Shown piece after piece: positions 57,990-64,000 of a stretch of 64,000 nt of DNA (positions are counted from its first letter, which is position 1; each line of letters begins with the position of its first letter). A program made the position numbers and the translations under genes. The notes beneath the pieces were generated by a model. The model ran no database searches. It had not been told where the DNA came from and saw only the letters and a program-made list of their open reading frames with translations. Source of the DNA: an uncultured candidate division Zixibacteria bacterium (GTDB lineage: Bacteria; Zixibacteria; MSB-5A5; GN15; FEB-12); assembly GCA_963664195.1 (NCBI GenBank), contig OY760907.1, positions 2,784,001 to 2,848,000 on the forward strand, read 5' to 3'.

Positions 57990-60215
57990 ATGTCTGACAA
58001 TCGCGACGAGCATCAGTTTTCTGCAGACAGACCCATTCAGTCAAGAACGCAGGATATTCTTGGTAGAGTGCGCTTCGCCGAGTCGGTCGGGAAGGCGATT
58101 GGAAACTGGCACGGACGTGACAGCCTTGTAGTAGGTTTGCACGGCCCTTGGGGGTGCGGCAAGTCATCGGTTGTGAACATGGTGGTGGATAGCTTGCCCG
58201 ACGGCAACCGAGAGTGCCCGTACATCGTTCGGTTCAACCCTTGGCAGGTGTCGGGACAAGATACACTGACGTCATTTCTCTTCGCCGAGATAGCCGGTGT
58301 CCTGAGACTGGATCCAGGCGACGAGAGACGTCGGCTCTCGGATTTGATCCTGAAGTATGGTCGTGTCTTTTCGCTACTGGCGCCTGCTGCCGGGATAGTC
58401 GCTGCGGCAGCGGGAATGGATCCGGCATCCAGCGCCGCGATTGCCGGGGGAACAACGGCGGCAGGTCAAGTCATTCAGGCTACGGGAGAAGCCGTTGCCG
58501 ACTCCGAGGAGTCCGAGCCGACGTTGAGTGCTTTGAAGAACGAACTCGGTAAGAGCCTCGCCGACTTGGACAAGCCCATTCTGATAGTCATTGATGACAT
58601 TGACAGGCTTCAGGCAGACGAGATGCAACTCATCTTCAGACTCGTCAAGAGTAACCTCGATTTCCCCAATCTAGTGTTTCTGCTGGTGTTTCAGCGAGAT
58701 GTTGTGGAAGCGTCGTTGACAGGGGACGCCCTAAACGGAGTCGAGTATCTCAAGAAAATTGTTCAGGTGGCATTTGATGTACCTGAGCCGCCCAGAGCAA
58801 CCATAGAGAGGATGCTGTTTGACCGTATCGATGATCTGCGCAACTCATTGGGCGTAACAGACGATAGGTTTGACACATCAGAGTGGCTTCGAGCATGGAA
58901 CAATGGATTGAGTCTCTTCTTCGACAACCTTCGAGATGTCTACCGATACATAAACTCAATCGGTTTCAGCGTTGGTCAACTCTGTGCGGGCGGTCACATT
59001 GAAGTGAACCTCGTAGACATGTTGATTCTTGAGGCGTTGCGCGTCTTTGAGCACGAGGTATTCAGACTCTTGTCGTCTTCGAAGTGGGTTCTCTCCGTGA
59101 GGGACAACTCTGGCGGCCATGGGATTGAAGAGGCCCAAGGACGCCTAGAGGAAATCGCTGGCGCTGGCTCGAAGTTAGATCGCTACGCGATATCCCAACT
59201 ATTGTCAATACTGTTGCCGCAAGTCGAGTGGGCTTTTCGTGAGGGCTCCATGAGCAAGGTCTTCAATTCGGAGTGGCTGAATGATCTTCGAATTGCACAT
59301 CCCACAAACTTCGATCGCTACTTCACGCTGACAGTGCCGGATGACGATGTGTCCCAAGCAGAGCTTAAGTCCCTACTCACTACCGTTGGAGAGACGGAGG
59401 AGTTCAAGGATGCAATCGCCGGTCTGAATAGTCGAGGGCTACTAGGTGTTACGCTTGATCGGCTGGCGATAGAACAGAGCCCGTGGAGCAATGAGGAGAC
59501 CTCGCAACTGTGCACGTGTCTCATTGAGGCTGGCGACCACACTGGAGCGAATGACGGGGAGGAATTCGGTGCCTTTTCCATGGTTTGGGCCCTACGGTTC
59601 TCGTCCATCGTCGACAGTCTCGTTAGGAAGATAGATGAGACCCGCGAACGCACAGGAATACTGAATCAGGCCTTCAGTGGTTCTTCCGGTCTCTTCGTTC
59701 CTTTAGTTGTGATCAACAGAGAGTGGCTCCGACGGAATGACCCAGCAGGTAGAGGGGAACCAATGATGGCCGAAGATGATCTTACAATCTTGCAGAATGT
59801 CTGCGTGGGAAGAATCGTAGCTGCCGCCGGAACCGGGTATCTGTGCAAAGTTGACTTCCTCGACTTCGTGTTGGGGCGCTGGGCCGAGTGGGGGAGTAAG
59901 GACGATGTTGACAAGTGGGTGAAGGCTGCAATCGACCGAGAGGAATGCCTCAAGGCTCTGCTTGTAGGTTTTCTTCAGGACGGGGTCGTGTCTACGGGAA
60001 CCAAACAGTGGACACAGTACAGCACGAAGCTGGAGCGGATCGAGGAATACACGCCAATAGAGCCTGTGCAGGAACAAGTTGCAGCACTCCGCCTGAGCGA
60101 CGAAGAACGCGACGGCGTTGTCGGCATCGCCAAGCGAACATTCGAGGAGGCTATACGGCGGAGGACCGATGGTGATACGTATGCGAAGTGGAGCGAATCT
60201 GGCGATACGGATTAG
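57990..60215 (+). CDS. KAP family P-loop NTPase
   Basis: ADRPI..DILGR, GPWGCGKS, FNPW, Ala/Gly-rich insert, IVIDDIDRL, EYLKKIVQ. Confidence 0.9.
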   Translation: MSDNRDEHQFSADRPIQSRTQDILGRVRFAESVGKAIGNWHGRDSLVVGLHGPWGCGKSSVVNMVVDSLPDGNRECPYIVRFNPWQVSGQDTLTSFLFAEIAGVLRLDPGDERRRLSDLILKYGRVFSLLAPAAGIVAAAAGMDPASSAAIAGGTTAAGQVIQATGEAVADSEESEPTLSALKNELGKSLADLDKPILIVIDDIDRLQADEMQLIFRLVKSNLDFPNLVFLLVFQRDVVEASLTGDALNGVEYLKKIVQVAFDVPEPPRATIERMLFDRIDDLRNSLGVTDDRFDTSEWLRAWNNGLSLFFDNLRDVYRYINSIGFSVGQLCAGGHIEVNLVDMLILEALRVFEHEVFRLLSSSKWVLSVRDNSGGHGIEEAQGRLEEIAGAGSKLDRYAISQLLSILLPQVEWAFREGSMSKVFNSEWLNDLRIAHPTNFDRYFTLTVPDDDVSQAELKSLLTTVGETEEFKDAIAGLNSRGLLGVTLDRLAIEQSPWSNEETSQLCTCLIEAGDHTGANDGEEFGAFSMVWALRFSSIVDSLVRKIDETRERTGILNQAFSGSSGLFVPLVVINREWLRRNDPAGRGEPMMAEDDLTILQNVCVGRIVAAAGTGYLCKVDFLDFVLGRWAEWGSKDDVDKWVKAAIDREECLKALLVGFLQDGVVSTGTKQWTQYSTKLERIEEYTPIEPVQEQVAALRLSDEERDGVVGIAKRTFEEAIRRRTDGDTYAKWSESGDTD

Positions 60216-60235
60216 TCAGCGGCGATGCATTCTTT

Positions 60236-60261
60236 CGGGCCTCAAGTAGGCCCGACCTACA
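60236..60261 (-). repeat. Single GTAG-type REP-like palindrome
   Basis: Minus strand reads TGTAGGTCGGGCCT-ACTTG-AGGCCCGA. Confidence 0.55.
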
Positions 60262-60335
60262 ATTGGGAGTTGCGGGACTGACTAGCCCCCGCCCAAAACC
60301 GTTGCTCCCGGCGTTGAATTTCGATATCATCCGGC

Positions 60336-61254
60336 ATGTTACAAAAGGCCCTGGATGACTACCTCAAATCGCTGAGCGATACGCAAAATCGCTCCCCCAA
60401 AACGGTCGACGCGTACCGTCGCGACCTCAGACCGTGGGTCGCCTTCCTTGAGAAGCAGTACCAGGCCCTCCCCAGCGCCGAACGCAACGATCCCCTGTTC
60501 ATGCGGCTCTATCTCGCCAAACGGGTCGAGGATGGAGTCTCCAATCGCACTCTCGCGCGGTTGGGCATCCGCCGTCAAAGGTTTCCAAAGGCATCTGGAG
60601 ACTCTCCCCGGCGGCAAAGCGTATCAGTTCAAAGTCCCAAAAATCAAGTTCAGTCAGAAACTGCCGGAGTTTGTCCCGCAGACCGAAGCCGCCCGGCTGT
60701 TCGAACACGGCAACGCCCGCGACGACAAAAAGAGCTATTTCTACTGGCGGGATTACATGATGATAGCGCTGCTCTACGTGACCGGGCTTCGTCGCGAAGA
60801 ACTGTCCAATATCGAGCTTGCCGATATCGATCGCTCGCGCGGGTTGATCCGGGTGATCGGTAAGGGCAACAAGGAGAGAGTCGTCCCCATCGGCGACAAC
60901 ACGCGAGATGATTTGAAGACGTATCTCGACAAGCGGGACCGTTTTCTGACTTCCAAGGATTTCGATCCGACTCCGGCGCTCTTTCTGTCGTATAAGGGCA
61001 CAAAGCTGACGGTGCGTTCGATCAATCGTCTCGTGAAGAAGTTCGGTCAGGCCGAGGGGATGGAATTCACTCCGCACACGCTCCGGCACTCTTTCGCCAC
61101 GCACTTGTTAGAGAATGGGGCGGACTTGATGTTGATAAAGGAAATCCTCGGGCACGCGTCGTTGTCGACCACGCAGAGATATACGCACGTGACCGCCGAG
61201 GCAATGAAAAAGGCTTACATGAGCGCGCACCCGCGTTCCGGTTTTAAGAAGTAA
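60336..61254 (+). pseudogene. xerC: Tyrosine recombinase XerC split by a 1-nt frameshift (real lesion or sequence error)
   Basis: N-terminus (SPKTVDAYRRDL) in one frame; catalytic GLRREE, GKGNKER, HTLRHSFATH, LGH and TQRY in another. The join is at TTGGGCA (60561-60567). Confidence 0.85.
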
Positions 61255-61265
61255 ATGAGGCTTAG

Positions 61266-61802
61266 ATGAAGACCCGTTCGACTACAATCATAGGTTTGAT
61301 ACACAACGGCAAAGCGGCTATCGCCGGCGACGGTCAGGTGACGCTCGACGACACCGTGATGAAAGCGACCGCGCTCAAAATTCGCACCATGTACGATGGC
61401 AAGATTCTCGCCGGGTTCGCCGGGGCGGCTGCCGATGCTCTGGCGTTGTTTGAACTGTTTGAGAAGAAGATCGAAGAGTACGCGGGTAATCTTCCGAAAG
61501 CTTCGGTCGAACTCGCGAAGGAATGGCGGACGGATAAGATGCTGCACCGTCTGGAGGCGGTTATTGTCGTCACGGACGAAGAGCACATCTTTCTGATCTC
61601 AGGTACGGGCGACGTGATCGAGCCGGATGACGGGATAGTCGCGATCGGATCCGGCGGGACCTATGCATTAGCCGCCGCGCGAGCGTTGATCTATGCCAGC
61701 CCGAAAATGTCGGCGGAGAAGATCGCGCGCAAGTCGATGGAGATTGCCGCGGACATCTGCGTCTACACCAACAAGAACATCAATGTGGAAACGATAAAAT
61801 GA
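61266..61802 (+). CDS. hslV: ATP-dependent protease peptidase subunit
   Basis: [30 protein letters not shown]. Confidence 0.97.
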   Translation: MKTRSTTIIGLIHNGKAAIAGDGQVTLDDTVMKATALKIRTMYDGKILAGFAGAAADALALFELFEKKIEEYAGNLPKASVELAKEWRTDKMLHRLEAVIVVTDEEHIFLISGTGDVIEPDDGIVAIGSGGTYALAAARALIYASPKMSAEKIARKSMEIAADICVYTNKNINVETIK

Positions 61803-63163
61803 AAGATACTTACCTCAAGCCGAGCGAGATCGTCGAGCACCTGGACAAGTTCATCATCGGGCAGGCCGATGCCAAGAAGTCTGTGGCGATTGCGCTTCGT
61901 AATCGCTGGCGTCGCCAGAACGCGCCGGAGGATATCCGCGGCGAGATTATGCCGAACAACATTATTATGATCGGTCCGACCGGTGTGGGGAAGACCGAGA
62001 TCGCCCGCCGATTGGCTGATCTTGCCAGTGCGCCGTTCATCAAGGTCGAGGCCTCGAAGTTCACCGAAGTCGGATACGTCGGCCGCGATGTCGAGTCGAT
62101 GATACGCGATCTGACGGATATTTCGGTGAATATGGTCAGGCTGGAAATGTCCCGGGACCTCGACGAACAGGCGGAAAAAGCCACAACTGAAAGATTGCTG
62201 GACCTTCTCGTCGGCCCGGTCACCAAAGCTCCGGCGGTGTCAGTCGTTGCAGCCGAGGGAGAGGCTGAACCTGAGAAGGCCGACACTACTACGCGGACGA
62301 GAGACAAATTTCGCAAGATGCTTGCGGACGGCAAGCTGGATCATCGCGAGGTTGACATTGACGCCCCGCAGAAGAATTTCCCGGTTGTCGAAGTGTTCTC
62401 GCCGATGGGCATGGAAGAGCTGGGTGTGAATTTCCAGGAGATGCTCTCCGGTCTGATGCCAAAGAAAACCAAACGCCGCAAGATGAGTATCAAGGACGCC
62501 CGTCGGCTCATCCACGGCGAAGAGCTGGCCAAGCTGGTGAATATGGATGACGTTATAGGCGAGGCGCTTGAGCGCGTGCAGGAGTCGGGCATCGTGTTTG
62601 TCGACGAGATCGACAAGATAGCGGGCGGTGATTCCAAAAGCGGTCCGGATGTCAGCCGTGAGGGCGTCCAGCGCGATATCCTGCCGATAGTCGAAGGGTC
62701 GTCGGTGATGACCAAGTATGGCATGGTGCACACCGATCACATTCTGTTTATTGCGGCCGGTGCGTTTCACGGCAGGCATCCGTCGGACTTGATCCCTGAG
62801 TTGCAAGGACGGTTCCCGATTCGCGTTGAGCTTGATTCGCTGACGGCTGAAGATTTTGAACGCATTCTCACGGAACCGCAGACGGCTCTGGTTAAACAGT
62901 ATCAGGCGTTGATGCAGACAGAGAACGTCAAGCTTGAGTTTACTCCGGGCGGGATCAAGCGATTGGCGGAGATCGCCGAAGAGGTCAATGCGCGGGCAGA
63001 GAATATCGGTGCCCGGCGGCTGCATACGGTTATGATGACGCTGCTTGAGGATATCCTCTTTGAGCCTCCCTGTGGAAAGAAAGTCAGCGTTACCAAGAAG
63101 CTGGTCGACAAGCGGCTCGATGCCGTCATTGAGGACGAAGATCTCAGCCGCTACATACTATAG
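61799..63163 (+). CDS. hslU: ATP-dependent protease ATPase subunit
   Basis: [44 protein letters not shown]. Confidence 0.97.
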   Translation: MKDTYLKPSEIVEHLDKFIIGQADAKKSVAIALRNRWRRQNAPEDIRGEIMPNNIIMIGPTGVGKTEIARRLADLASAPFIKVEASKFTEVGYVGRDVESMIRDLTDISVNMVRLEMSRDLDEQAEKATTERLLDLLVGPVTKAPAVSVVAAEGEAEPEKADTTTRTRDKFRKMLADGKLDHREVDIDAPQKNFPVVEVFSPMGMEELGVNFQEMLSGLMPKKTKRRKMSIKDARRLIHGEELAKLVNMDDVIGEALERVQESGIVFVDEIDKIAGGDSKSGPDVSREGVQRDILPIVEGSSVMTKYGMVHTDHILFIAAGAFHGRHPSDLIPELQGRFPIRVELDSLTAEDFERILTEPQTALVKQYQALMQTENVKLEFTPGGIKRLAEIAEEVNARAENIGARRLHTVMMTLLEDILFEPPCGKKVSVTKKLVDKRLDAVIEDEDLSRYIL

Positions 63164-63201
63164 TAGTGTGAGAAAAATCGCCGTAGAATAGAACCCGGCG
63201 G

Positions 63202-63945
63202 TTAGACGGTGTAGACGTGGATATCGCCGATGAAGAAATTGCTGGCGATGTAGAGTTTGGATTCCGCCGTGGCGTATTGTGGGGACTGATTGTTGACTGT
63301 GTTGCCGAAACCGGAGTAGCGCTGTCCCATGAGTTCGGAATCTCCAATGAAATTAGAAGACTGCACAAACACGGCCATATCTGGCGGCACGAGAATTCGG
63401 ACGTCGCCGATGAATCCCGAAATGATCAGGCGATTGAGTCCCGGGGCCAACCGGCCGCCGTGGAGTTTGATCTCAAGGTCGCTGATGAATACGGACACTT
63501 CCATGTTCTGCAGGTCTGTGCCGTTGCAGTCGATGAACATGTCACCGATGAACTTCTCGTATTTCACCTTGCCATATCCCGAATAGCCTGGCCTGTCTCC
63601 CGCTCGAGTGCTGTCGGCAAATGCCTGGGGGCCTCCCGGCGGAGGCGGGGGAGGTGGTGGTGTCGGGCCGGATGAAGTACGCGAGTGGTCGGTCGACCTG
63701 GCCTGTTCGGATGAAGCGGAGGATTGAGCCTTCTGAAAGTCATACTGATAGCTGGGATCAGCCCTGAATTCCGGAGTCTTACGTTTTCGGGCGATGAGCC
63801 AGATACCGATGCCTATCAAACCGAACGGCACTATCAAGCTGCCGACATCACCGGGACTTACATCGATGGCATCAATGCTGTTCAGCCAGATAAAAAGGCC
63901 GAGTACGATCAGCACAAACCCAAATATGATTTTCTTCTTATTCAT
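63202..63945 (-). CDS. LiaF-like cell-envelope stress membrane protein (DUF2154-type C-terminus)
   Basis: Two N-terminal TMs, Pro-rich linker, repeated FIGD strands. Confidence 0.75.
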   Translation of the reverse strand: MNKKKIIFGFVLIVLGLFIWLNSIDAIDVSPGDVGSLIVPFGLIGIGIWLIARKRKTPEFRADPSYQYDFQKAQSSASSEQARSTDHSRTSSGPTPPPPPPPPGGPQAFADSTRAGDRPGYSGYGKVKYEKFIGDMFIDCNGTDLQNMEVSVFISDLEIKLHGGRLAPGLNRLIISGFIGDVRILVPPDMAVFVQSSNFIGDSELMGQRYSGFGNTVNNQSPQYATAESKLYIASNFFIGDIHVYTV

Positions 63946-64000
63946 TCCCTGTCGCCAATCTGGTCTAGTTGTCCTATTCCCAGATACGCAATATGTTGGC

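Noticed and set aside
60336..61254. Tyrosine recombinase as the integrase of an island carrying the KAP NTPase
   Set aside because: Size, motifs and position before hslVU fit housekeeping XerC; no att repeats or tRNA target seen.
63630..63670. G-rich run suggesting a contingency or G-quadruplex locus
   Set aside because: It encodes the poly-Pro linker of the LiaF-like protein on the minus strand.

Overview
Gene-dense, mostly housekeeping bacterial chromosome segment. The lineage is probably diderm FCB-group, and the giant-protein C-terminal architecture suggests candidate Zixibacteria; this is inference only. Gene order: uvrB; a lipoprotein; an SPFH protein; two tandem DUF4328-like membrane paralogs; a 3222-aa Cys-rich acidic secreted repeat protein ending in cohesin-like, dockerin-like and T9SS/FlgD-type sorting domains; a minus-strand dtd-maf-rodZ-hyp-smc-ftsY-yjbQ-rlmH operon; trxA; rhomboid; an atypical receiver protein; dsbD; DUF2064-like and creatininase genes; a YjbH-like barrel; pabB plus a class IV aminotransferase; DUF401; an ECF sigma/anti-sigma/HtrA-like/CMD/tamB/tamA/iscS/mnmA run; an MBL hydrolase; AsmA; a degenerate kinase/receiver pair; yicC-gmk-rpoZ-topA; an inserted KAP NTPase; a frameshifted xerC; hslVU; and a LiaF-like gene. 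No rRNA, tRNA, CRISPR array or transposase was seen. The top finding is absent from the ORF track: a 64-codon single-TM ORF just after trxA (24995-25189) with an in-frame TGA in a U-x4-C motif followed by a SECIS-like hairpin, i.e. a candidate small membrane selenoprotein. Also notable are the giant protein with its sigma54/sigma70 promoters and switchable leader, and several apparent pseudo-enzymes.
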